Source: Monocercomonoides exilis PA203 (lineage: Eukaryota; Protista; Preaxostyla). Taken from it: a DNA stretch of 64,000 nt. The notes beneath the pieces are model-generated. The model was not told the origin of the DNA. It saw only the letters and a program-made list of their open reading frames with translations, and made no database searches. Below, one piece after another: positions 34,466 to 45,949 of the stretch. The stretch covers positions 1,054,001 to 1,118,000 of the forward strand of contig LSRY02000025.1 of NCBI GenBank assembly GCA_001643675.2, written 5' to 3'. Positions within the stretch are counted from its first letter, which is position 1. Each line of letters starts with the position of its first letter. The translations under genes and the position numbers were made by a program.

Positions 34466-34706
34466 TTATTCGTTTTTATTTTTGTTTGAAGACATTCATT
34501 TTTCATGATTTCATTTTTATTCTGTTGTTTTGGATTAAAAAATAAAAATAAAGCATTAAACATGCTTGCCAGCGAAAGTGTTGAATACATATATAAAATA
34601 AGAGTTGAAAGAAAGTATTTGTAAAAAGTAAAGTGCAAGCTCGTAATGATTGAAAATGATTTCAAATTTCTTTCTAGCCTTCGTTGAGAATTGAGCTGCT
34701 AAATAC

Positions 34707-36560
34707 TTAGAGCTTAAAAGAATTGTCTATACCAGCAGCAAGCGATTCTCTGAAATTTGCTGGTGCAACCTGAACAGGTGGCTCTATTGTTTGCTTTTGC
34801 TCCTCTCTCTTTTCTTTGGAATGTTTTTGATCTTCCTGTTCGTCTTTCTGTTGTTCTTGTTCATCAAATTCGCCTTTATGAATCTGCGTATTCTTATTAT
34901 TCATATTCCCCTCAGAATCATCTTTCTGACGCTGAACATCCGATTCCTCGTTTCTATCTTGGTTTTGTGTCTCCTTTGAAGATGCACATTCACTGACACT
35001 GTTATCCACTTTCTGATGACTGTTTTCTTTGCAACTCTCCAGCTCTACCAGCGAGTTGTCTATTGCTTGGCAAACAAGGTTCAGTTCGTCTTCGGTAATG
35101 ATAAGCGGAGGATGAATACGAAGAACAGTTCCACGGGACACTTTCATCAGAACTCCATGCTTTAGACAGCGCTCTGAAAGATCATTTGCTGAGAACCTAA
35201 TGTCATCTCTAAGCTCAATGCAGCAAAACAGTCCCCTTCCTCTAACATCTTTAAATGGATTAAAGAAGCAACAACAATGAAGATGAATGTGATAATAAAG
35301 ATCAAGTACATAATGTTAGATAAAATAAACGTTTCAAATTAAATAATCGAAATAGTGAGCAATTTCAAAATTATTAAAAAAGAAATTTCTCAGAAAATTA
35401 TTAAATTAAGCATTCAATCAAGCTCTAAAAATCGTAAGAAAAAACAAAGTCTTTTCTGCTTGATTTCTTTACAAACCTGCAATTGAATTCGCGTGCCTTT
35501 CGGAAATTTGTTTCAAGTTGGAAAGAAGCATTTCACCAAGTTTTGCAACGTCACTCTTTTTTGTATAGACAAATAAAGATTATAATCAAAAAATTTTCCT
35601 AGAACAACAAAATATTCATACAACAAGTGTTTCTTCCTGAATGAGTTTAAGTGCAACTTTTGAAACAGCGCATGCAATTGGATTACCTCCCCACGTTGAG
35701 CCATGCGTTCCTGGCTCAATGCAATCCATTATTTCAGCTGGGCCCAAAACAGCACTAATAGGAAACACCCCACCGCCCAATGCCTTCCCCAAACACAAAA
35801 GATCAGGACGAACGTTATCCCATTCACATGCAAGCATTTTTCCAGTTCTTCCAAGTCCAGTTTGTACCTCGTCAGCAATAAATAAAACATTATGCTTTTT
35901 GCACAAACCCAAACATTCAGAAAGATATCCAACAGGAGGCACATTAATTCCACCTTCTCCTTGAACGGGCTCCACAATAAAGCAACAGCACTCATTTCCA
36001 TATTTTTCAAGGACATTTTCAAGCGATTTGGAGCATCCAAATGGAACATGAATAATTCCTGGAAGATATGGATCAAAGTCTTTTTTTGAACTTTCTTCAT
36101 CAGACAATGAAACAGCAAGCATGCTTCTCCCATGAAAATTACGTTGACAGCAAATGACTATGGCCTTTCCTGTTGGAATGCCTTTTCTTTTGTATCCCCA
36201 AGATCTTGCAGTTTTGATTGCAGTTTCAACAGCTTCGACTCCTCCAGAACTGGGAAGCACTCTATCGTAGCCAAACATTTTAGTGATATATTCTCCCCAA
36301 GATCCTAATTCATACGAGCAAACAGATCTGCTGCAAATATCCAATGTTGAAGCTTGTTTGGTCAAAGCTTGCACGAGTCGAGGATGGCAATGGCCTAAAC
36401 TTGCAGTCGAAATTCCAGCAATGCAGTCTATGTATCTTTTCCCTTCCACATCCCAAACATACACTCCTTCGCCTCTTTCCAATGAAACAGGCAAAGGGCT
36501 GTAATTATGAGCAACAGCTTGTTCTTCGTTCTGAATGCTTTCTTTGTTTGTAAGACTCAT
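34707..36560 (-). CDS. OAT: Ornithine aminotransferase-like class III PLP aminotransferase with acidic C-terminal extension
   Basis: AHNYSPLPV, GVEAVETAIK, NFHGR, EPVQGEGG, ADEVQTGLGRTG, GKALGGG (PLP Lys), HGSTWGGNP, VRGRGL, LRIHPPL. Two introns in the 3' half. Confidence 0.9.
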
Positions 36561-37704
36561 ATTAAATAAAAGAAAGTTCAGAAAATATTAAATAATGAAA
36601 TTATTAATTCAACTTCGCATGGAAAAAAGCAATTTCGTATGTTCAAAAAATAGTATGTGATTTTCGATCAATTTCGTTTTTCAAAAAATCTTTTCGAGTT
36701 AATGAACAAAACAAAAAATAACACAATTTTGAATATATATATATACGCATATCCAATAATACAAATCGATTCGAAAATATTTGCTTTATTATGAAATAAC
36801 ATTTTTTTTTCTATTTGTTGTTCAAAGTCTTGCTTTAAAAGATAATTTAAATAAGTAATATAATTGTTTTCGTAAATGCATATTCGTGATATGAAAAAAT
36901 TTTTATCGGATAAGCTTTAGAAATCAAAGGTTTTTTCTTTTCTTTTCTTTTGTTCTCCACTTCATATTCACTCAAAATAACAAAATCACAAAAGTCAAAT
37001 CAAGAAATATTGCAACATCAAACAAGCAATAACAAAAGTATGACTATATAAAAATGAAATGAAAAGCCACGTTCTCCAAAAAAAGATTCATGTTCTCATG
37101 CGTAACATTGTTTTGAAATACAATAAGTGGTTAAAGATATTGAGCATATGCTGAACAAAAGTAGAGAAAGTCTCAAAACTGATATAAACACACATAAATT
37201 GAATATTAACTTTGAATTGTTATATGAACTCAAAAAAAGAGAAGTCATCGAATTTGAGTTACAAAGATAATTGACTATTTACACATATAAGAAAAAAACA
37301 GATTCTTCACATCAAAAACATGTATGAAAAAAATACAAAGAAAAAAGCAAAAGAGAATGACAGCCACACCAACCATAAGGCTTAGCCTGCTGCATTGCAA
37401 TTTTGCAAATGGAATTACAAATAATTAAAGAATCAATAAAATAATGAAAATAAAACGAATAAAAAAAATTGAAAATACTCTGAAACAATTTGTCGTTCAG
37501 CTAAAGGAAATTTGTTTGTTGAACATTTCGCATTTTTAATGAGCATCTTTTGTGTCGATGTCCAGTTTCGATTCTTCCAATAAATCAAGAGTGTGTGTTC
37601 ATTATCAGACACACATCAAACATTCAAATTGAATAATAATTGCGTTTTATATTCATCCTTCAACATCTTTTTGAGATGATCTTTCTTTTCATTTTAATCA
37701 CTTT

Positions 37705-40700
37705 TCAATTTCTATTAAATTTGTTGTCTGGGCCGTTTCCATCGCCAACTTTAATATCATCTTTGTTCTCATCTATCAGAACACACTCCACTATTCTGCT
37801 ATTTCTTCGAGAAATGCTTTCGCACCTTTCTTCATTGCTATCCCCTGAATAGCAAAGAGCATCTGTTGCTGTAAGCATCACTGCATTCGTTGGAAATAAT
37901 CTAATGAATTCTCTCTTCATACTTGAAAGTGACACTCTGTCTGGCGCCTGCGCCAGTACACTTTTCTCCACCACTCCTTTCAGCCGAGACCCCTCAACTT
38001 TTTTCATATTCGGTCTCTCTCCATTCACTATCTTATCTCCAGCCACCTCTGCCTCGTACTCCCCAAACGGGATCTGCATAGTCAGACACTCCCACAGCAT
38101 CATCCCAATCGAGAACGAAACTGACTCCTTTGCTGCTCCCATCTTCTTGTTGATTAACAATTCTGGTGCCTTCCACCTAAAGCACTCTTTTTTAAAGAAA
38201 TCCTCGTCTTCAAAGGCTGATGAGGGAAGAGAGTCACTATCCTCATCATCATCACTTGCAGAAGTCACAACAGTTGATGATGAGACGGACGATGAATCCG
38301 AATCATCAGACAATAAGTCTGAGTGCATCACAATGCAGATGACCATGTGTTCAGAAAACAGCACAATGTGTGGACTCAGATTGGCAAGCGATTGAAGAGG
38401 ATTTTCCATTTCATCAAACGAGTGAAGTGCCCCATTCGCCACCCAGAACAGGATCTGGGCAGCTGTTTGCTCCCTTTGTTGAAGGCTCCCAATTTCCATC
38501 TCCTTCTTCTCATTCCTCCCATGCAATAACATGAACAACGAATCCCTCAGATCAACAATCAGCTTCTCAAAAGGGGATGAACAGGCCATGGCATCCACCA
38601 GATTCGACATTGATGAGGTGGTGGGGCACAGATCCTCCCCTCGAACAAAAGTTGAATCTGAATCAGTTGTTGAAGTGGTGGAAGTGGATGAGATGGATGG
38701 CGATGGTGTTCGCTTTCTTGTCTCCTCTTCTTCAACCTTTTCCAATGCCCATTCAGGAATCTTGTTTGAATCTCTTCCCAGAATGTATTCAGTGGAGCCG
38801 CTCTCAGCCAAAAGATGCTCTGATGATTCTGAATGTTGCATATTCGTATCATATGCTCTCTTCTTGATTCTCTCTTCATTCTTCTTCTCTGCTTCCCTCT
38901 CTGCTCTTCGCCACTGCTCCTCTGGTGACATCTCCATCGTCGCCATCTCAAACGCCTTCGGATCCTTTCTGATATTATCATTCACAATCTCTCTCAGATC
39001 GTTGTTCTCATTCTTTTCCTTTCTCCATCGAACAGCCAGAACAATAATGACCGCAAGCAGTATTACAACAATCACAATGCAAACAATCAACAACCAATAA
39101 GATTTCCCTTCTTTCCCTCCTTCAACCACTTTTTCATTTTCATTCTTTGATTCGGTTTTGTTTTTCAGAATCTGAGGAGAAGTCTCTGCTAATAGCTTTC
39201 CATACAAAATCACAACAGATATCTCTGTATCAGCTGAAGCCAATGAAATATTTTCTGATGGAATTGTTCCAGTCACTTCCGTTTCTGAAACAAAACTGTC
39301 TTCCTCAAACTGAAATGTCTCAACCAACTCCACTTCCTCTGTTTTGAATGTTAATCTGAATAATAAGTCACAAGGAAGAAGAAGTGATCCTTTGAATTTA
39401 ATTCCAATGTTGCTTCCATTTTCATTCACTGAAACATCTTCCAGTCTGGGAATGAAGAAAGGTGATGCCCTTTCTCCTGCAATTCCATCAAGTGTGCATC
39501 TATCATTCAAAATCCAAAGAGAAGAATTATCTTTCAACCCATCTCCTCCTTTTAAGCTCGAAATTGTCAGTGAGGCAGAATCTGTGCAGAGAATGTTTCT
39601 TCTCACTGATGGATATTTTTCAATGAATGGATTGTTGTTCTCAAACTCTCCTTTCTCAATTGTCAAATTACCAGCAGATGTGGATAATCCACCTGATGAA
39701 GCATTCAACATTGTTGCATAAGTCATCACCAATGAAGAATTCGTTGAATGAACAAGCGATCCATTCCATTGACAGATATCTGTTATTATATTCATATTCT
39801 CACTTTCCCTTTCTTTCGCAAGAACTCCAATAAATCTGCATAAATCCATCAAAATATTCCTTCCATTGTTCATCTCCATAATGCTTCCTTTGTCAGACAT
39901 GGAATAACAGTTTGAACACGAGCAATTAGAAAGTGTTATTTGAGCAGAAGTTGATGAACCAGAGAGAACAGAAGCTCCTTCTGAATTTCTCGAACAGTTG
40001 TTGAATGAGGAGATTCCAATTGAAACTATTCCTGAAGACAAATCGTTAATCTCAAGGATACCACTTTCAGATAGCTTCACCCCATCTGCATCAATTCCAT
40101 TGAATACAACACTTCCACATTGCCCAATCTCAACAACATTTCTTGTTGATTCAATCTGTTCCAGTTTGATGTTTGTAATATTGATCTCATCCCCGCTTAA
40201 CAAAAAAGAAGACTTCTTGAATGAAAGCATTGATATTGAACAGTTGTCAATGTGAAGAATTCCATTTCCGATGTTCAACAATGTTGAGTTCAGAAAAACA
40301 GGTCGAGTATCATCCGATTGTCCAACTGACGAAAAATCAACAAACAAAAGAGAAAGTTGGCCATTTGCTTCACGAATGATTGAACTGCCTGAATAAGAAA
40401 ATGGCTGGCCAAAGTTGAATTTCAATCTCTCAATCCGAACATTCTCTGAGGAAGTTAAAATATTTCCTTCATTTTCAGCAATTGTTGAGTTCATATGCAC
40501 CAAAGCGATTGAAGGAGATTCCAGCGAGCGGATGATCACATTCAAAGCACTGCTTTCTCCATTGACGATTGTTTCCTCTGATATCAATAGCTGCGAATAA
40601 CGTGATGGAATAATGTGTTGAATTCCAACATTCAGCGACTCGCAAGGCTTGCCGAACTCTCCACATTGCTTGCTGTCTTCGTGGTTGTCTGCAGCAGAAG

Positions 40701-43700
40701 ACACAAATATCGTCTCGCTCTGATATTTCACAACTCTCAGAAGAAGATCCTCTTCCCCCACAAACGAGTCTGTTGTGCAGCCCCATATCGCCCGCTCCTT
40801 CACAAACGGCGCTCTGAAATCCAGCAAGAATTGTTCATCTGCAATTTGATTTTCGAGTGAGTGGCATTTCACATACACGTCTCTCCCTCTAAACGCTGAG
40901 TTATCCTTGAATGTGATATTTGACAGCACAAAGTTCAGTGGCTGCTCAGCTATCGATGAACATTCCAGAAACAGCCACCCACCTCTTCCTGTGCTCGAGC
41001 AGAAACACTCAGAAATCGTGCAAAATGAGCACTCAAAGTTTCCTCCTTCATTCAACAGGGAAAATATTGCCCCTCCCTTTCCGCACCTCGTTCCTCCACA
41101 CTTCTTCATCGTTGTGTTTTTTATCACCGTTTTCAATGGCTCATCATCATCGTCATTTCGAATGATAGGAATATCAGCAGTTGTGTTCTGGGTGACTTCT
41201 TCGAATACACTCCACTCAATAACTATGTTTTTATCAGCTTCATTGATCCTTCTTATCCTTTCAGCTGCACTCTTTGATATGCTCAATCCACTTGATCCAT
41301 CCAGATCAACATTCTTCATCGTCAGATTTTTGATGTTCAGCATCGTTGAAGATAACACAGAAATCACATCCTTTGAAAAAGACAGCGATTGTATTGTCAC
41401 CAATTCCAATTGAACCGTGCCTCCATCTGCCTTGATCAATCCATAGCTGATTATTTCTTCTCTGCTTTCTTCCATTTTAGTGAATGAACAGTCCGTCACA
41501 GTCAACAATCCATTGCTTGAACAAACGTGCAGCAAAGTCTTAGCTCCGCTTGCGAATGAAGATGGAACTACAAAGTTTATCAGTTCGAAATTTGTAATTC
41601 CCTGAATCTTCATTGCTTCTTCTTCTGCTCCTTCAAGAGATGAAGCAGATTCCAATGAGCATATTTCTTCATCATTTGATTTTATGCAAACTCCGCTCAC
41701 ATCAACACTTTTCTGAAGAATCACCTTCTCAACGATACTAATATTCTTTTCATTTCCTTCTGGCAATCGATCCAGAGAATAATCGATTGACAGGCAAGGA
41801 CAATCCGAAAACCCACAAGCACCCATATCTTTTCCTTCGCCTCCAACAAATATCTCTGATCCAAGTGCAATCCAGAAATAAATCAGTGGAATGGCATTTG
41901 TTGTGTCACTTCCATCAAACCCTCTCATCGAATCCAAGGAAATATCATTCAGATTCTCAGATACAAACGGAAGCGATGCATTTGTGATGCTCTTTGTCAG
42001 GCTTGGCGATTCGACAAACAGGTCATTTCCATGTTTTGCAATATTTGGCTTGCCTGCATCAAAAACAGGTGATGAGATCACAAATGAAGAATCATCATCA
42101 ATCAATTTCAGCTCCATTCCTCCCCCAAACCCAATCTTCCGTTCTTCTGCTGGTGCTGTGCATCCTGTGAATGTGCATGAAATAACATTCATTTGAATGC
42201 TCCCTTTCAACTGAGCATCGATAGCCCCTCCTCTGCTTCCATCAGCCAAAACAGAGCATCCATCAAAATCACATTCTTCAATATTTATTTCTGCATTTGA
42301 ATTTTCATCATTGCTATTATCAATGCTCACACAACCTCCACTTCCAGCTGTTCTTTCGATTTCTGTGAAAGTGCAGTTCGTCATGTTCAGCCACTGATTG
42401 CTTATCAACTCTGCCTTTGTTCCACTTCCAGACAATGAGATCAATGGACTTCTCCTCAAATCAATCGATGAAGCTGAGAATTTGTCGAGTATCAGGATCC
42501 CTGACTCAACGGACAAGAATAAGGATACCAGTTCTGATGAAGAATTTTGAAGAGTTAAAGAACATTGAGACAAAGTTAATTGAGAAGAAGAAGAAATGAA
42601 AGTGGAATGAAGAGGAAGGGAAGATGGGAGAGAGAAGATAAGTTTTGACAAGACTGTTTCAATGCTTGCTGTTATCATCGCTGAATTGGATGTTGCACTC
42701 GAATCAGAGACTGTCCAGCCACTTTCATCATCATTTCCTCGGATTTCATGCTTTTGATCAGCAAAGGCCAATTCATCAGCCATCATAATCATTCCATTCG
42801 CAATAACTTTCTTTTCTCCTGTTTGCCTTGTGAGAGAGTGCTTCAAAGTCAAACAGGGGAATTGGACTATTCCACAATGAGAATGGTCAGATGCCTCAGA
42901 ATTGCTCACACATATTTCTGTTGGAATTGGAAGGAGATAGATGCACAGAGGAATGGCCACGCTTGTGTTTCCATTGTCGTATCCTCGCACTTTATCAAAA
43001 AAATCCAGTGAACCTGTAACACACTTGATTTTTTGTGATTTTGCAGTTTCTTCCAGATTGGGTGAAATGACAAAGATATCACTTCCCCATTTGGCTGTGT
43101 TCGTTCCAAATTCCGAGGAGATCAGAAAATTTGGATTTTCATTCAATAATCGAAGAAGAATTCCTCCCCCAAGACCATTGGATGCCGAACAAAAGCATCC
43201 ATCGAGAGATCCACCTTTCACTTTCACTTCATTTTCATTCCCTGCACATAACATCATTGATCCTCCATTCTCTGAGCCTGTGCTCCCACAACCAGAAAAT
43301 GAGCATGAATTCAGCTTAATGTTTGTCTTGTCATTAGAAAATGAGATTACAGCTGCTCCACTATTTGTTCTCTCAGCCCCATCAAAGGCACACTCCGAAA
43401 GCGTCAATGATATTTCATTTGTCGAAGAAAGCGAAAACAATGAAGTTGTCAAAATCGTCTTTGCCCAGTTCACATTGTCCATCTGCAGCACACCATTCTG
43501 AACATTGATCAGCTCTGTTGTGAATGCTGTTTCTGTTGATTGCCCACTTCCAGCAGATATGTTCAGTCTGCTGATACTCATCCCTCCTGCTCCAGAAATA
43601 TCAAATAGCCTTGACCCACGGTTATTCGGATGAATAAAGTTATGCACAAGAGCAAAGTCTCTCACAGTCAATGTGCCTGTCGAGACAGCAAAAAGAGACA

Positions 43701-45534
43701 ACCCAGCTGCTTCCAATTCCGTCTGCACAGTTGTTGTTGAATCACATTGACCATATATTGCATAAACATTGATGTCACAATTCACACTTTTGGTCTCTGC
43801 AATTGTACCTGCAAGTATCTCGATATCTGTAACAAATTCCGGAATCAGCTGAGTGAGGCAGCGGTTGATGGTGCAGCAAGGATGGCCTTCATCTCGTCCG
43901 CATGCATATGTATCAATGGAATTAGGTTCTGTTTGTACTGAGGAGACATATCTAATTCTTCTACTGTCATTTCGCAGCCATTCGCTTCTATCGACAACGA
44001 AATAGCAACTTGTACTCACTCTATTTTCTGTTTGTCTTGTAGAACAGCAGGTGGAATCTATGTTGTTTTCTGTTGATCCATGAAGAGCAACATCATGTCC
44101 TCCTGAGATGCATGTATTGTTGTGGAAAAAACAATAATATAGCAATGTTCCGTTGTTGTAGTTATTAATTAATATACCTACAGCACCTCCTGCATACATA
44201 GAATAGCAATTACAGAACAGGCAGTTCGAAATAACAACTTTATCCGTTGGATCCCAATGGATAATTGCCCCCCCTGCACCATCAGAAGAACTGTTACATC
44301 GACAGTTATCAAAAAATGAATTAATAATGCATTCTTTCTGTCTTTCACTTTTCGTCGGGCAAAGTTCAACTGCTCCTCCATCGTTTCCCGAAGAACAGTT
44401 TTGAAACAAACAATCTTCAACTATTGGCCGTGTCAATATTGTTTCAAACAGAATGCCTCCTCCCCCATAATTTGTAGTTGCTGCAGCCGAACATTGGACA
44501 AAGGAAGAATGACGCACAATACATTCTGCAATTATCAACGCATATATTCCTCCACCTCTTGTTAAAGAAGCATTGCATCTCATAAAAGAAGAATTTTCAA
44601 CTTTCAGAATGGCATTTGAATTGTCATGCACATAAAGAGCACCTCCTTGTGGTGCTGTGCAATCAGTCCATTCGCACAATGAAAATGATTGGCTATCAGT
44701 TATATTCATCTGTCCTTTTTTCTCAAGAGCATTCATTTCTCTTTTTCCAAAGTTTATTGATGTGTTTCTGCAGACAAATTCTTCTGAAGAAAATGATCCA
44801 CTTGAGATCCCTCCTTCAAACACATTCACACACGAAAAAATGAGGCAATTCTCCATTGAACTCAAGCAGCATGAATGCTCCATTTGGCAATCACTATAAT
44901 TGTCTAATTTCACAGACATGTTCCTGAAGGCACAATCATGAATCTGTTCGCTTTGGCTCTTTCCAGACAATAGGAAATAACCTGATGATGAAACAGTCAG
45001 ATCTGCAACGATGGAATTTCTCAAAACAGCAATATTTGAATCATCAGATGAAAATATGAGACTGGAGGGGTTAACATTCGTTTGGGGGATCAAACTCATA
45101 TTTGTGAAGCAGATTGCCCCACTTTGCAAAAGAAAAGGAGATGTTGATTTTTGGTGGGAAATGCAGGAATCAATCATTATAGTTGATTTGTATGTTATAA
45201 GCATCAAAGGAGAAGACAAATATTCAAGTGCCACAATTTTCAGTCCAACTGTAGAATTGTGGAGCCCCAAAAATGTGTTTTTCACTGTAGAAAGTCCTGA
45301 CTGTAATCTTTTCACTTCTAAAAATGAACTATGTTCAAATAAATAATTGTTATCAGCCTCTGACAGATATTGTGCATCATTTGAATAACCTGAACACAAA
45401 TAAAGAAAATTATTGAAAAAATTACAGTTCAAAAGAATACCTTTGTTTCGAAATGTGGCACTTCCAGAGACATATTGTGCTTCAAATGTCTTCCCAAGAA
45501 TCAAACATACCAAAATGCACAAATGCATTCTCAT
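37705..45534 (-). CDS. Type I membrane protein: signal peptide, repeated right-handed beta-helix-like ectodomain, one TM, degenerate TKL-like kinase domain
   Basis: Intronless 2609 aa. Hydrophobic N-terminus, many FxxC...GGA(I/L) repeats, four V..DxxxCG...PC modules, TM YWLLIVCIVIVVILLAVIIVLAV. C-lobe remnants RWKAPE, SFSIGMMLWECLT..PF, GERP. Confidence 0.85.
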   Translation of the reverse strand: MRMHLCILVCLILGKTFEAQYVSGSATFRNKGILLNCNFFNNFLYLCSGYSNDAQYLSEADNNYLFEHSSFLEVKRLQSGLSTVKNTFLGLHNSTVGLKIVALEYLSSPLMLITYKSTIMIDSCISHQKSTSPFLLQSGAICFTNMSLIPQTNVNPSSLIFSSDDSNIAVLRNSIVADLTVSSSGYFLLSGKSQSEQIHDCAFRNMSVKLDNYSDCQMEHSCCLSSMENCLIFSCVNVFEGGISSGSFSSEEFVCRNTSINFGKREMNALEKKGQMNITDSQSFSLCEWTDCTAPQGGALYVHDNSNAILKVENSSFMRCNASLTRGGGIYALIIAECIVRHSSFVQCSAAATTNYGGGGILFETILTRPIVEDCLFQNCSSGNDGGAVELCPTKSERQKECIINSFFDNCRCNSSSDGAGGAIIHWDPTDKVVISNCLFCNCYSMYAGGAVGILINNYNNGTLLYYCFFHNNTCISGGHDVALHGSTENNIDSTCCSTRQTENRVSTSCYFVVDRSEWLRNDSRRIRYVSSVQTEPNSIDTYACGRDEGHPCCTINRCLTQLIPEFVTDIEILAGTIAETKSVNCDINVYAIYGQCDSTTTVQTELEAAGLSLFAVSTGTLTVRDFALVHNFIHPNNRGSRLFDISGAGGMSISRLNISAGSGQSTETAFTTELINVQNGVLQMDNVNWAKTILTTSLFSLSSTNEISLTLSECAFDGAERTNSGAAVISFSNDKTNIKLNSCSFSGCGSTGSENGGSMMLCAGNENEVKVKGGSLDGCFCSASNGLGGGILLRLLNENPNFLISSEFGTNTAKWGSDIFVISPNLEETAKSQKIKCVTGSLDFFDKVRGYDNGNTSVAIPLCIYLLPIPTEICVSNSEASDHSHCGIVQFPCLTLKHSLTRQTGEKKVIANGMIMMADELAFADQKHEIRGNDDESGWTVSDSSATSNSAMITASIETVLSKLIFSLPSSLPLHSTFISSSSQLTLSQCSLTLQNSSSELVSLFLSVESGILILDKFSASSIDLRRSPLISLSGSGTKAELISNQWLNMTNCTFTEIERTAGSGGCVSIDNSNDENSNAEINIEECDFDGCSVLADGSRGGAIDAQLKGSIQMNVISCTFTGCTAPAEERKIGFGGGMELKLIDDDSSFVISSPVFDAGKPNIAKHGNDLFVESPSLTKSITNASLPFVSENLNDISLDSMRGFDGSDTTNAIPLIYFWIALGSEIFVGGEGKDMGACGFSDCPCLSIDYSLDRLPEGNEKNISIVEKVILQKSVDVSGVCIKSNDEEICSLESASSLEGAEEEAMKIQGITNFELINFVVPSSFASGAKTLLHVCSSNGLLTVTDCSFTKMEESREEIISYGLIKADGGTVQLELVTIQSLSFSKDVISVLSSTMLNIKNLTMKNVDLDGSSGLSISKSAAERIRRINEADKNIVIEWSVFEEVTQNTTADIPIIRNDDDDEPLKTVIKNTTMKKCGGTRCGKGGAIFSLLNEGGNFECSFCTISECFCSSTGRGGWLFLECSSIAEQPLNFVLSNITFKDNSAFRGRDVYVKCHSLENQIADEQFLLDFRAPFVKERAIWGCTTDSFVGEEDLLLRVVKYQSETIFVSSAADNHEDSKQCGEFGKPCESLNVGIQHIIPSRYSQLLISEETIVNGESSALNVIIRSLESPSIALVHMNSTIAENEGNILTSSENVRIERLKFNFGQPFSYSGSSIIREANGQLSLLFVDFSSVGQSDDTRPVFLNSTLLNIGNGILHIDNCSISMLSFKKSSFLLSGDEINITNIKLEQIESTRNVVEIGQCGSVVFNGIDADGVKLSESGILEINDLSSGIVSIGISSFNNCSRNSEGASVLSGSSTSAQITLSNCSCSNCYSMSDKGSIMEMNNGRNILMDLCRFIGVLAKERESENMNIITDICQWNGSLVHSTNSSLVMTYATMLNASSGGLSTSAGNLTIEKGEFENNNPFIEKYPSVRRNILCTDSASLTISSLKGGDGLKDNSSLWILNDRCTLDGIAGERASPFFIPRLEDVSVNENGSNIGIKFKGSLLLPCDLLFRLTFKTEEVELVETFQFEEDSFVSETEVTGTIPSENISLASADTEISVVILYGKLLAETSPQILKNKTESKNENEKVVEGGKEGKSYWLLIVCIVIVVILLAVIIVLAVRWRKEKNENNDLREIVNDNIRKDPKAFEMATMEMSPEEQWRRAEREAEKKNEERIKKRAYDTNMQHSESSEHLLAESGSTEYILGRDSNKIPEWALEKVEEEETRKRTPSPSISSTSTTSTTDSDSTFVRGEDLCPTTSSMSNLVDAMACSSPFEKLIVDLRDSLFMLLHGRNEKKEMEIGSLQQREQTAAQILFWVANGALHSFDEMENPLQSLANLSPHIVLFSEHMVICIVMHSDLLSDDSDSSSVSSSTVVTSASDDDEDSDSLPSSAFEDEDFFKKECFRWKAPELLINKKMGAAKESVSFSIGMMLWECLTMQIPFGEYEAEVAGDKIVNGERPNMKKVEGSRLKGVVEKSVLAQAPDRVSLSSMKREFIRLFPTNAVMLTATDALCYSGDSNEERCESISRRNSRIVECVLIDENKDDIKVGDGNGPDNKFNRN

Positions 45535-45949
45535 GCGGAATGAGAATAAATTTTGATTAAAAAATTTAATATTCTCCGGATGATCAAATCGAAATAAATA
45601 ATGGTTTTTTACACAATGGAAAATTGAAAAAATCTTTCTTTCAGCAAATCATTTTGTGGGCTTTTGAAATACATTTGGAGCATATCCAAAGCATGAAGCT
45701 TCATTGGTTTTTTCATGAATGAATCGGTATTTGCTGATGCAGATGAAATTTTTGCATATCAAAAAATAAAATAAAATAAAAGGATAAAATTGAACAAAAG
45801 ATTTTAAAAAAACCTTTTCAAAAAGAAACTTCAGTTCAACAAATGCGCAAAAAGTCGAAAATCTCTCATCCAAATTAATGAACTCAAAATCACCTTTTGA
45901 ATGTGTTGTTTTGAATTGTCAAATTTCAATTCTCCCATTGCTCTTAATT

